64,000 nucleotides of DNA from Candidatus Marinacidobacterales bacterium (lineage in GTDB: Bacteria > Acidobacteriota > Vicinamibacteria > Marinacidobacterales > SMYC01), in NCBI GenBank assembly GCA_965224085.1, contig CBDCYI010000004.1:928001-992000 (forward strand). Direction: 5' to 3'. This document shows positions 53,351-63,809 of the stretch, piece by piece. The notes under the pieces were generated by a model that ran no database searches, was not told where the DNA came from, and saw only the letters and a program-made list of their open reading frames with translations. The translations under genes were made by a program, and so were the position numbers. How positions within the stretch are numbered: position 1 is the stretch's first letter; each line of letters begins with the position of its first letter.

Positions 53351-53870
53351 GCAAACGCTCACGACCGTGCTCCAAGAGACCGCGCGCATTTTCGAGCCCG
53401 GCGACATCGAGCTTCGCTTCAACGTCTCCCCGAACCAGTCAGCGAGCCGCCCGCTCGTCACGGTGATCGTGCAGCCCCAACCGGCCCGCTTCAAAGTGCA
53501 CGGATGTAGCCGCAACCGCCACGATCACCGACTCGGCCACACTCAACTGCGCTCACGCCGCATTGCCCTCTGGTCGGAGCAAGTGGCGCGCGCCGTAGAC
53601 GGGAACTGGGACCGCAAGGAGCTCCCTAATATCGACGATCACACCTATGCCCGTGCGTTAGGACGGGTCCTTGCCCATGAGCTCGGCCACTTGCTCCTGC
53701 GCCTGAACGGACATCGCGACCGAGGTCTGATGCGGTCCGCTTTCTCGCATCGAAGCCTGACCGCGCGCGGACGCCGTGCGTTCCGCCTCGCCGAAGAAGA
53801 TCTGCAGGCGATCCGCGAGACGCTTCTGCAAGCGGTCGCCAAAAACAAAAGCGCCTCTTTTGGTTCGACA
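53350..53870 (+). pseudogene. Remnant of a HExxH-motif protein
   Basis: ARALGRVLAHELGHLLL..GH..GLMR; no credible start. Confidence 0.6.
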
Positions 53871-53899
53871 CGATCTTCAAGGGACGCGCGCCGCAGAGC

Positions 53900-54728
53900 G
53901 ACCCGCCCGTCAAGCTCTTCGTCATGGGCAACGGCGATGGGACAAAGACGGCAGACGGCCACCTCGATCACGGAGGCGAGTGGACCTCTGTGGCGAGCTG
54001 GCCCCCGCCGGAGTCCAGCCCGAGCTCATTCTACTTGCATGGCGATGGACCGCTCAGCCTGGAACGTCCCGCCACCGAAGCCGAGCCGACGCATTTCGTG
54101 TACGACCCCGTCGACCCGGTCCCGAGCATCGGCGGCAATATCAATTCGGGAGATGCTCTCGTCCCGTCCGGCCCCTGGAATCAGAGATGCGTCGTGGGAC
54201 GCGTTACCGGCTGCAAAAACGATCTCCCGCTATCGGCGCGACGCGATGTCCTCGTCTTCCAAACACCGCTTCTTGAAGAGGACGTGGCGGCGATGGGCAT
54301 GATGACCGTCAAGCATTTGGGTTGCGTCTTCAGCGAAAGATACCGACTTCACTGCCAAGCTCGTGGATGTGTATCCCCCGAGCGAAGACTACCCCGAGGG
54401 ATACGACCTCCTAATCGCCAACCGCATCCAGCGCGCCCGTTTCCGCAACGGGCTCGAAAAAGAGGAGCTTTTGGAGCCAGGGCAAGAGTACGAGCTCACC
54501 ATCGACCTTCTCGGCGTCGCCAATCGCTTCGTAAAAGGCCACCGCATTCGGGTCGACATCTCGAGCAGCAACTTCCCATTCTTCGACGTCAATCCGAACA
54601 CGGGCGAGCGTTTGGGTCACCACACGCATATCGTGAAGGCTCAAAACACCGTCTATCACGATGCCGAGAGACCATCGCACATCGTGTTGCCATTGGTACC
54701 GGCTACGAATGCGACCGATCAACCGTGA
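53900..54728 (+). pseudogene. CocE/NonD hydrolase C-terminal remnant, frameshifted near 54318
   Basis: YDPVDPVPSIGG, RRDVLVF, GHRIRVDISSSNFP. Confidence 0.85.
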
Positions 54729-54744
54729 CAAAAGCGCAAAGCGG

Positions 54745-55392
54745 TTAGGCTAGCTCTTTCTTGTAATCCAATCGAGGCGCCGTGCGTCCATCGGACCAGA
54801 GTCCAAACACGAAGAGCACCTGGCCCGACGCGACCGCGATGTGTTGTTTGCCGTCAATCTCGAAGGCGATGGGGTTCGAGCGAACGTCGTCGCCGGTTTG
54901 GAAATGCCACAAGGGCTCCCCGCTCTCGGCGTCGAGAGCAAAGAAGTTTCCCTCTTCCGTTCCCGCAAAAAACGAGGTCGCCCGAGGTCGAAAGCACGCC
55001 GGCCCACAGCGGCGAGTGCTGGCGGAACTCCCACTTCGTTTCGCCGGTCGAGATGTCGAGGGCACGGATCGCGCCCGCGGCGTCATCACCTTGAAGCGCG
55101 CGCTCGCCTCCGCCGAGAAAGCTCGTGCCGGGCTCGTACTCGGCTTCCGACTTGAAGTAGTAAGAAGCTGGGTAATGTACATGATGCCATCGACAACGAT
55201 CGGCGACGTTTCGAGCGAGCCTCCGCCCCCCGTCTGAAAGACCCAGACGGGGCGGAGGGACGCGACGTTGTCCCGCGTGATCGCGTTCAGAGGCGAGTAG
55301 CGGTGCGAGCTGTAGTTGCCCGAATAGGTCAACCAGTTTCCGGGCTCCTTTTCCGCGTTGAGGATCCGCTCATAGAGAACAAGATGTCTCAC
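54745..55392 (-). pseudogene. PQQ-dependent alcohol dehydrogenase-type gene with large internal deletions
   Basis: N-terminus WLTYSGNYSSHRYSPL..ETSPIVVDGIMY and C-terminus FFALDAESG..LWHFQTG lie within about 650 bp. Confidence 0.85.
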
Positions 55393-56122
55393 GGCTCACC
55401 TCTCATGCTACTGAGATAGGAAACGATGTCGTCGAGCTCTTCGGACGTGAACTCCCGTCGTAGCTCGGCATCAAACTTTCGCCAATCTTCTTTTCGAAAA
55501 AGGCGAGCTCCAACTTGTTGAGCGAGTGATAACGCCCGGACTCGTCCCTCAGTTGAACCGTGAACGAATCCTCGTTGACGCGGAGGCCTGTCAGCTCCTC
55601 GCCGTCCTTGGTTCGCGCATTTACAACGACATAGTTCAAAGCTACGTTCTCGCCGGGTGCCACGAGAGCTTCGCGCAAATGAGCGGGCCCGCGCACGACG
55701 CCGATATTCGACAAGTCGGGTCCGATGACGCCGCCTTCGCCCGCAATGATGCGACAAACGTTGCACCCACCTTTACCTTCGTAGAGGCGCCGGCCATTTT
55801 CGGAGTCACCGGGAAGCGGTTCCTCTTCGGCACGACCCAACGAGCGCACATATTTTGCGACCGCTTTCACCTCGTTCGTGCCCAACATCCAGTTTCCGGG
55901 CATGTCGGTATTGGGAATGCCGTTTATGATGACCGCCCTCAGCGCTTCATCGTCCCCCGCGTGCTGGAGAACGACGCGCGTCAGGCTCGCCCCCTCCCCT
56001 CCCGTACCGCCGATGCCGTGACAACGCGCGCAGTGACTCTCGAACAGTTGCTTGCCGGACGTCTGCGCTCACGCGGAGGCTGCCAGCATCAGGAAAAACG
56101 CCAGTAGAACAGTATTTCGCAT
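55389..56122 (-). pseudogene. Di-heme cytochrome c, frameshifted
   Basis: CARCH motif; second motif reads CNVCR; GPDLS, SLMPSY; frame breaks near 56060, 55950 and 55460. Confidence 0.8.
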
Positions 56123-56200
56123 GAAAAGGCCCCCAAAAGACTGGTGTTTCAGCGTGCGCAAGCCTAACATTCGACTCGTAGAAGCAGCAAATTGGGAGGT

Positions 56201-57244
56201 ATGAGCTTGCGTCCACTGTACTTCGTCCTCGGCACGACCCTCACCGTCGCTTGCACGCAGCCCGCGCCAGAGCTGTCCTCCACCCCAGGAGAGCTCGTCT
56301 TCGTCACGAACGAAGACTCCGGCGATCTCACCGTCATCGCAACGAGCACCTACGAGGTCATTGCGACCATCCCCGTCGGCAAGCGCCCGAGGGGCGTGCG
56401 CCTAAGCAAGAACGGCCGGATCGCCTACGTCGCGCTGAGCGGCTCGCCCAAATGTCCACCCTGGATGTCGGATGAGGATTGCGCGGCACAAGTCACGGAC
56501 AAGACCCTCGACGGGGTCGCGGTTGTCGACGTCGCGGCGGCACGCGTCACGAAGGTGCTTCCCGGCGGGTCGGACCCAGAACAGTTCGACCTCAGTCTGG
56601 ACGGAAAACAGATGTGCGTGGCCAACGAGGATGCCAGCGTCGCGACCATCGTCGATCTGGATTCCGGAGAGATCCTTCATGAGGTAAGCGTCGGAGAAGA
56701 GCCCGAGGGTGTGCGCACGAGCCCGGACGGAAAGTACTACTATGTGACCGGAGAGACCGATCACAACATCACCGTCATCGACGCCGCGACCGGCGAGGCC
56801 GTGACCCAAATCACCGTGGGCCACCGCCCGCGCGACGCTGACTTTTCTTCGGACAGCACACGCGCCTACGTGACTTCGGAGATCGACGGAGCCGTCTCGG
56901 TCATCGACGTTTCAGCCCACGAGGTCATTGATACTATCGCCCTTCCCGAAGGGTCACGGACAATGGGAGTGCTCGTCTCGCCAGACGACCACCGACTCTA
57001 TGTCAGCAATGGGCGCAGCAGGACGGTTTCGGTCATCGACGTCGCAACAGGCGCAGTAACAGGCTCGGTCGAGGTCGGTCCGCGACCTTGGGGCATCGGG
57101 CTGAGCGCCGATGGCAAAAGACTCTATACGGCCAACGGCCCTTCGAACGACGTCGCGGTCGTGGACACGGAGACGCTCGAGGTGATCCAGACGATTCCCG
57201 TCGGCGAGACACCGTGGGGGATCGCGATCGGGCCCGCGCCGTGA
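56201..57244 (+). CDS. YVTN-type beta-propeller lipoprotein
   Basis: Repeated VGxxPxG..SxDG..YVxN units; TVAC lipobox. Confidence 0.9.
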   Translation: MSLRPLYFVLGTTLTVACTQPAPELSSTPGELVFVTNEDSGDLTVIATSTYEVIATIPVGKRPRGVRLSKNGRIAYVALSGSPKCPPWMSDEDCAAQVTDKTLDGVAVVDVAAARVTKVLPGGSDPEQFDLSLDGKQMCVANEDASVATIVDLDSGEILHEVSVGEEPEGVRTSPDGKYYYVTGETDHNITVIDAATGEAVTQITVGHRPRDADFSSDSTRAYVTSEIDGAVSVIDVSAHEVIDTIALPEGSRTMGVLVSPDDHRLYVSNGRSRTVSVIDVATGAVTGSVEVGPRPWGIGLSADGKRLYTANGPSNDVAVVDTETLEVIQTIPVGETPWGIAIGPAP

Positions 57245-57716
57245 CGAGCGGGTCCGGCAAACCCGTTTACTCCATCGGCCATAGCAGCCGTTCCGCGGAA
57301 AGCTTTCTCGCACTGCTTCGTCGCTACGGCATCGGGTGGACGTACGCCGCTATCCCGGCAGCCGGCGCCACCCGCAGTTCAACCTGGGCACGCTCGAGAC
57401 GAGCTTGAAGCAGGTGGGGATCGAGTACCTGCATTTGGGCGAAACGCTCGGAGGCTATCGCGATGTCGATTACGGTGAGTATCAAGAAAGCGACGCCTTC
57501 GCTGCAGGTCTAGCAGCGCTCGAAGAGCAAGCGGCGCGATCGCGGTGCGCGTTCATGTGTGCGGAGAAGGTCCCGTGGCAATGTCACCGGCGATTCATCG
57601 CCGAGGCGCTCGTGAAGCGTGACTGGAAGGTCCGGCACATTCTAGATGTAGACACGCTCTGGGATCCGGAAGAGCTCTTGCTCGGAAGTGCAAGCGTCAC
57701 CTCAGAGGGTACATGA
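57241..57716 (+). pseudogene. DUF488 family protein, frameshifted near 57335
   Basis: VYSIGHSSR, then DVRRYPGSRRHPQFN, MCAEKVPWQCHR. Confidence 0.85.
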
Positions 57717-57729
57717 CATACAGGTCGGA

Positions 57730-57830
57730 GGCCGTCCTCAGAAAAGCCCGGTCTTCGCGCTTGATGCTTTCAGCAACTTCCATCTGTGCTGTAAACTCGC
57801 GATCATAAGGTGTCAGCTCCTGCCGTTCGA
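57730..57830 (-). pseudogene. AbrB-type antitoxin C-terminal remnant
   Basis: ELTPYDREFTAQMEVAESIKREDRAFLR resembles the tails of Doc-partner antitoxins. Confidence 0.55.
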
Positions 57831-57865
57831 GGTCTCGAGTAAGAGTTGATGGCGGGTGCACACAG

Positions 57866-58062
57866 TTAACCCTAATCGCAAATAAACGTCACCGTGTCTG
57901 AGGTCTTTGGCCCCGTGAATAGCACCTTTTCCAGGTTCTGCATACACCGTGCAGAATCACCTATAGTGGCGGCGAGCGGGTGCCCCAGCACGAGCTTCTC
58001 GCCTGCGCCCAGTGCGGCTGTTTCGCGTTTTCGTGCTTCGAAGATTTTGCGATTAGGGTTAA
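57866..58062. mobile_element. MITE-like element (189 bp plus TTAA on each side)
   Basis: Perfect 17-bp inverted repeat TTAACCCTAATCGCAAA (57866-57882) / TTTGCGATTAGGGTTAA (58046-58062). Confidence 0.7.
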
Positions 58063-58323
58063 TTTGGCCTTTCTCCATGCCTGCGCACGACGCCGACTGC
58101 GTTCTGGTTTCGCGCATCCGCACAAGAGAGATTTCCGTTCTGACTACTGGCTCGATACCATGGCGTCTTTGTGACTGGATCTTGTTACGAATCTGTGCGA
58201 GCCTCTGGAGGCTTTTTGGGCCGGTAGTCGATGAACGTCTGATGCTGCACCGTGGCGCCTCTCCTACATCCTCGGGGGCTGGACCATCGACCGGCAAAAT
58301 CGTCAGCGAAAGGGAACAGTACT

Positions 58324-60429
58324 ATGAATCATCACCAGTGCGGGCGGTCTTTGCGACTCCCATCCTTGCTTCGGCTCACGCTAGCACTCGGCGCGCTGCT
58401 TTGCGCGCCGTGGGCGTCCATAGCTCAGGGTCCGGGTACCCAAGGGGGTCAATGGACCTTCCTGGGTGGGGACGCGTGGCACACGCGGTATACGCAGGCC
58501 GATCAAATCAACGCGTCCAACTTCGGAGATCTCGAGCTCGCCTGGCAATTCGATGCCGCAAGCTTCGGCCCTAGCACCTCCAGGGCAACGGCCAGCTATA
58601 TGGATGGCAAGCTGATCACGGTCACGGGCGATCGTCGGCACGTCATCGCCCTCGACCCGGCTACGGGAGAGCTGCGTTGGAGCTTCACCGAGCCCAACAC
58701 ATTCCGCTACGAGTACTCGATGCGGAAGGGATACGGCAAGGGGATCGCCTACGGTGAGATCGATGGGCGTGGGGTGGTGTACATCACCACGCCGGGCTTT
58801 TTCTTGCACGCTTTGGACGCCGAGACCGGGCGGCCCCTCGAAAATTGGGGCAAAGCCGTGGATGTGGCCGGGTTTCCGAAGTCCGGTACCGTCGACCTGG
58901 TCTGGGATCTAATCCAGGACTGGGGTCCGTGGCAGGCATGGAAAAAGCCCTATGACGCCTATCAGGGGATTCCCCTCGAGCTCGGCTACATCACCAGCTC
59001 CTCGCCGCCGATCGTGGTCAACGACGTCGTGGTGGTGGGCAACTCCGCCGAGCAGGGCTACAACCAGACGCGGAAGGAAATGGTCCCCGGAGACATCCTC
59101 GCCTATGACGCCCGCACCGGGAAGTCCAAGTGGAAGTTCCACGTCATCCCGCGTCCCGGTGAAGCCGGGCACGAGACGTGGGAGAACGACGCTTGGAAAT
59201 GGACGGGGGACATCTCGTCCTGGGCGCCGATGGCGGCAGATCCGGAGCTGGGCCTCGTCTACATTCCGACCAACGGGGCCACCATCGACTACTACGGAGG
59301 CTTCCATCCGGGTGACAACCTCTACGGCACGAGCTTGATCGCGCTGGACGTCGAAACCGGCGAGCGAAAGTGGCACTACCAGATGGTCCATCACGACATC
59401 TGGAACTACGACACGCCCACAGCTCCGCTGCTGATGGACGTCACAGTGGACGGTAAGGCGATCAAGGGCATCTTTCAGATTACCAAGCAATCGTTCGTGT
59501 ACGCGCTGAACCGGGAGACGGGCGAGCCGATCTGGCCTATCGAGGAGCGTCCCGTGCAAGCGTCGACTGTCCCTGGCGAGAAGCTGTCGCCCACGCAACC
59601 TTTCCCGACCAAGCCGGCACCGTTCGACTTACAGGGACGGACGGAGGAACATCTGATCGACTACACGCCGGAGATTCGACAGAAAGCACTCGAATACGCG
59701 CGGGAAAACAACTTTTTCGTACCGTTCTTTAATCCGCCCGTCGTCGCGGACAGCCCGGACGCCAACTGGCCGGGTGCGGGCCTGAACTGCCCCGGAGGCG
59801 GAGGCGGCGCCAACATTTACAGTCCTTCCGTAGCGGACCCGGTGGCGGGCGTGATGTACGTTGCGTCGGGCAGCGGGTGCTCACGGTATAACCTCATGCC
59901 GGGCGCAGAATCCCCGCTCGACACAGCCACCGTGCAGACGGGCACGAGCCACTCCGAGTGGTCGCGTGCGGCAGGCGGTGGCGCTGGCCGACGAGGTGCT
60001 GCAGGGCGCCCAGACCGCGCCAACATCGATGGTCTTTCCATCTGGAAGGGGCCGATGAGCCGCATTACCGCCATTGACATGAACACGGGCGAGCATCTTT
60101 GGGTGATCCCCAACGGCGATGCCGATGAGGAAGACCAGGAGGAAATTCGGAATCACCCCTTGCTGCAGGGCTTGGCCGATGTCCCGACCAACCCCGGCCG
60201 CCGCGGAGTTTCTGTAATGGTCGCCACGCCAACTTTGCTCATGGCCTCCGGCCAAACCAGCGACGGCACCTGGAACCTCTTCGCCATCGACAAGCGAACC
60301 GGCGAACGCGTGGGGTCCGTCGAGATTCCCGGAGCGACGCGGTATGGCATGTCGAGCTGGGCGCACGAGGGTAAGCAGTATGTGATGATCCAGCTCGCGG
60401 ACGGCCTAGCGGCGATGGCGCTGCCGTGA
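58324..60429 (+). CDS. PQQ-dependent dehydrogenase, glucose/quinate type
   Basis: GDILAYDARTG, WKFHVIP, DPELGLVYIP, WHYQMVHHDIWNYD, PTQPFP. Confidence 0.9.
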   Translation: MNHHQCGRSLRLPSLLRLTLALGALLCAPWASIAQGPGTQGGQWTFLGGDAWHTRYTQADQINASNFGDLELAWQFDAASFGPSTSRATASYMDGKLITVTGDRRHVIALDPATGELRWSFTEPNTFRYEYSMRKGYGKGIAYGEIDGRGVVYITTPGFFLHALDAETGRPLENWGKAVDVAGFPKSGTVDLVWDLIQDWGPWQAWKKPYDAYQGIPLELGYITSSSPPIVVNDVVVVGNSAEQGYNQTRKEMVPGDILAYDARTGKSKWKFHVIPRPGEAGHETWENDAWKWTGDISSWAPMAADPELGLVYIPTNGATIDYYGGFHPGDNLYGTSLIALDVETGERKWHYQMVHHDIWNYDTPTAPLLMDVTVDGKAIKGIFQITKQSFVYALNRETGEPIWPIEERPVQASTVPGEKLSPTQPFPTKPAPFDLQGRTEEHLIDYTPEIRQKALEYARENNFFVPFFNPPVVADSPDANWPGAGLNCPGGGGGANIYSPSVADPVAGVMYVASGSGCSRYNLMPGAESPLDTATVQTGTSHSEWSRAAGGGAGRRGAAGRPDRANIDGLSIWKGPMSRITAIDMNTGEHLWVIPNGDADEEDQEEIRNHPLLQGLADVPTNPGRRGVSVMVATPTLLMASGQTSDGTWNLFAIDKRTGERVGSVEIPGATRYGMSSWAHEGKQYVMIQLADGLAAMALP

Positions 60430-60587
60430 ATTTCGCGTAGCCGGCGAGAGAACCGCCGAGAGACCGTGGCAGAGCGCCGAGATGATGGAGGAATCGACCG
60501 TCGAGAAACGCCGAGCACGACAGAAGCAAGCGACGCCGGACTCGGAAACGTCGAGAACGCTTGTCCTGGGCGGCTAAGAAGGCTTGA

Positions 60588-60702
60588 GTGTCGCTCCAAA
60601 TCGGTCACAAACTCGCCCACTACGAAATCCTCGAGCCCATCGGCAAGGGCGGGATGGGTGAAGTTTATCGAGCGAAAGACGGGAAGCTCGGTCGCAACGT
60701 TC
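60588..60702 (+). pseudogene. Ser/Thr protein kinase N-terminal remnant
   Basis: HYEILEPIGKGGMGEVYRAKDGKLGRNV, then cut off. Confidence 0.85.
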
Positions 60703-60997
60703 GTACAACGCCGAAGGAACCAAAGGCCTCATCAGGGACGGCGGCGTCACACGCCGGGAAGCCGCCAAAGGGCTGATCGAAAGTTTGGGCGGCACGATGG
60801 TGAGCTTCTACTACGCGCTCGGAGAGGATGACGCCCTCGTCATCGTTGAGATGCCGGATCATTCATCGCTCGTAGCTGCCATGTTGGCCATCGGCGCGAG
60901 CGGGCTCGTGACCGGGAGAACGACGGCGCTCTTCAGCGCCGAAGAAATGGACGCAGCGACGAAGAAGACGGCCAATTACCGAGGTCCCGGACAGTAA
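60700..60997 (+). pseudogene. GYD domain protein remnant
   Basis: YNAEGTKGLI..LIESLGGTMVSFYYALGEDDALVIVEMPD..YRGPGQ*; 5' end lost, frameshift. Confidence 0.75.
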
Positions 60998-61257
60998 CCC
61001 TCGGACATCCCGCTCGCGAACGCTAGCACAGAGCACGCATCCGCAGCGAAGCTTTGTGCAGGAGTGCTTCAGTAAAATCGCGAGCTACTTCGCAGGGTGG
61101 AGCGTCAGGATCTGGTCGATGCACCCGACCTACGACGTGGCGTCAAAAGTCGATATCTGGGCGCTCTACGAAGGCTTCGTCGTCTTCATTTAGAAGCTGA
61201 ACCTCAAATACGCTCTTACGTATTGACTAAGTCGTAAAACTAAGCTAATCTACTGGC

Positions 61258-61482
61258 GTGAACAAAGTAAATATTCACGAGGCGAAGACCCATCTCTCTC
61301 GACTTGTCCAAGAGGTGCTGGACGGTGGTGAAGTCGTCATCGCTCGAGACAACGTGCCGCTCGTCAAGCTCGTGCTTCTCGACAGTGCCAAGAGCGCGCG
61401 CATCCTGGGAACGGCCAAAGGGAAGGTTACGTTAGCGGCCGACTTCGATGAACCGCTGGCTGACTTCGATGACTACCGCTGA
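61258..61482 (+). CDS. Phd/YefM family antitoxin
   Basis: VNIHEAKTHLSRLV, ADFDEPL; TTGACT-N17-TAATCT ending just before the GTG. Confidence 0.9.
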   Translation: MNKVNIHEAKTHLSRLVQEVLDGGEVVIARDNVPLVKLVLLDSAKSARILGTAKGKVTLAADFDEPLADFDDYR

Positions 61483-61876
61483 TCCGTCACATAATCTACT
61501 ACTCGACACGCACACCTTGATCTGGCTTGCGACCGACGATGCTCGAATATCCGAGCAAGCGCGGACTCTGGTCGGAGATCTGAAAAACGATCTCTATCTG
61601 AGCGTCGCTTCGGTGTGGGAGCTCGCTATCAAGAAGAGCCTGGGGAAGATCGATTTACAGATGCCGCTGGCGGCTTTCGTCAAGAGCCAGACCGGGGCGC
61701 TCAACCTTCGGCGCCTGGAGATCCATAGCGAACATGCTTTGCTGGTCGAGGGGCTACCGTTCCATCACCGGGACCCCTTCGACCGAATGCTAGTGGCGCA
61801 GGCCCTTCACAAGGGCTTGAGCATTCTCGGCGCGGACTCCGTTTTCGACTCCTACTCGGTCAAGCGACTCTGGTAG
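61469..61876 (+). CDS. vapC: PIN-domain VapC toxin
   Basis: LLLDTHTLIW, SVWELAIK, HRDPFDRMLVAQA. Confidence 0.92.
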   Translation: MTTADPSHNLLLDTHTLIWLATDDARISEQARTLVGDLKNDLYLSVASVWELAIKKSLGKIDLQMPLAAFVKSQTGALNLRRLEIHSEHALLVEGLPFHHRDPFDRMLVAQALHKGLSILGADSVFDSYSVKRLW

Positions 61877-61936
61877 CGCGTCGCGTATTCGGATGCGGCG
61901 ACACCGATCGTCGTTTGGATGCCATAATGCGCGATC

Positions 61937-62310
61937 ATGACCGAATAGCTATTTCCTCGCGGTGGATATCGGCGGCACTTTTACCGATGTCGTGCTGCGC
62001 GATGGCCGTGGGAGCACATGGGTCGACAAGACGCTCACAACGCACGCGGATCTTCTCGAGGGGTTCTTTCGCGTCGTCGAGCTCGGCCTCGAAAAAGCGG
62101 GGGTGCAGCCCGCGGACGTCGACGACGTCATCGTCCATGCGACAACGATCGTGACCAACGCGATCATCGAGCGCAAAGGCCCCCACATAGCGCTCCTCGT
62201 GACCGAGGGCTTTGCCGACGTCCTCTCCATTCGCAACGAGTACCGCTACGACATGTACGACCCGCAGATCGAGTTCGTAGAACCGCTCGTCCCGCACGCG
62301 CTCACCTGGT
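61937..62310 (+). pseudogene. Hydantoinase/oxoprolinase N-terminal remnant
   Basis: VDIGGTFTDVV, HATTIVTNAIIERKG, TEGFAD. Confidence 0.85.
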
Positions 62311-62382
62311 ACTTCCGCCATCAAGAGGCCATTTACCCCTGCCGAATATTGCACGATCGAACAACACGATGACACTCTTATT

Positions 62383-63717
62383 TCAAGTAGGATACTCGCT
62401 TTTGGCAGCGCTGTTCACGTACCAGTCGACGTTGCGTGTCAAGAACATCACGCTCGCGAGCACCAGGAACAGGCCGAGCGATCCCATGAGAAGCGAGTAG
62501 TCCTGAAGCGCGAGCAAGACGAACAAGAAGCCGTAGACGAGTGAAAGCGTGGCGCCCACGATCGCCGCGTGGGCACCTTCGGCGAACATCGCGCGCGCGT
62601 AGAACGACACGAGGAGGACCACGCCTGTGGCCGCAAGTGCATAGGCGGCAGCAAACGTGATGTGCTCGGACAAGGACAAGATCAGAAGATAGAACATGAC
62701 GAGAGCGCTGCCGACCATCAAGTATTGTATGGGATGTATCCGGTAGCGTCCGAAGACCTCGATTAGAAAGAAGATCCCGAGCGTCAACGCGGTGAACAAG
62801 AACTCGTATTTGATGGAGCGCCGGGTCATGCGGTACGCGTCTACGGGCTGGATGAGCTCTACGCCGTAGGTGGGCTCCTCGGGCTCGCGCCGGGGCGGCC
62901 AGCTCTCGAGGCGAGGCCCGAGAGGCCCGTTCACCTCCCACGTGGACGTGAAGCCATCGGCGCGAACGTCTCGCGTTACCGGAAGATGGTTCCCTACGAA
63001 CTTCGGGTGCGGCCAGGTCGAGTCGAGCTCGACGTAAGTGGTGCCCGCCGTTGCGTCGAAGGCGAACCGCTCGCTTCCGTCGATGTCGAGGTCGTAAGCT
63101 ATCTGGAGCGGCTAGGACGCGGTGGTCCCGTCCGCCACATTGGGAAGAGGCGCAGCGATATAAGGCTCGAGACTCGACGGTGTGGGCAAAACACTCACAT
63201 CCTGGATGGAAATGCTTTCCGGCAACGACGGCCTGGAAGGGAGCGCGACTTCAATCGCGTCCCACAAGATCGATTCCTCCTCAACGCCAAGCTCCTCCGG
63301 ATCGGGCCGTGCGAACGTGCCTTCGAAGCGGATCGCAGCACGATACAAGAGCACGTCGAAGATCCCACGCGCGCGGACGATCGGCGACAAGGTCGCTCGG
63401 ATGCGAAGCTCGCGGGGTCTCAGATAAGCGTAGGCGACGCCCACCGAGTTCTCGTACGGATCGATCCAGGGTGTCGCAGCACTTCGATACGGTACGACGA
63501 GCACCGGGACCTGAGGCAGCTGCGAGCCGCCCCAACTCTCCTGAACTTCGGCGATCGCGGCGACGCGATTCTCCTCGCGCTCACCGACGAGGCCTTGGAT
63601 CCAAATGATGGGTATTTGAAGTGCAAGAATCAGCGCTCCGAGGAGCACCATACGTCCCAACACCGAGTCCCGAAACCATAACGCTATATCGCCAATTACT
63701 TCGCTCATAGTGTCCAT
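62383..63717 (-). pseudogene. creD: Inner membrane protein CreD, frameshifted
   Basis: RARGIFDVLLY, PVDAYRMTRRSIKY, HPIQYLMVG, LSLSEH, YSLLMGS, MFLTRNVDWY; broken frame around 62950-63190. Confidence 0.85.
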
Positions 63718-63809
63718 TTCGCCTGAGCGAGGTGGCACGAATGTGGCGAGATAAAGGAATTGTCGTGAGATGTTGCTTCTCCCGCATCATTCCCCCCCTT
63801 GTTCCCGCC

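Noticed and set aside
53301-54302. 333-aa ORF as a novel fusion protein
   Set aside because: Accidental read-through across three unrelated fragments
57872-58574. ORFs 57872-58297(-) and 57894-58574(+)
   Set aside because: They run through the MITE ends and show no recognisable motifs
63733-63748. TGGCACGAATGTGGCG sigma-54-like motif
   Set aside because: Weak -12 element and no plus-strand gene downstream
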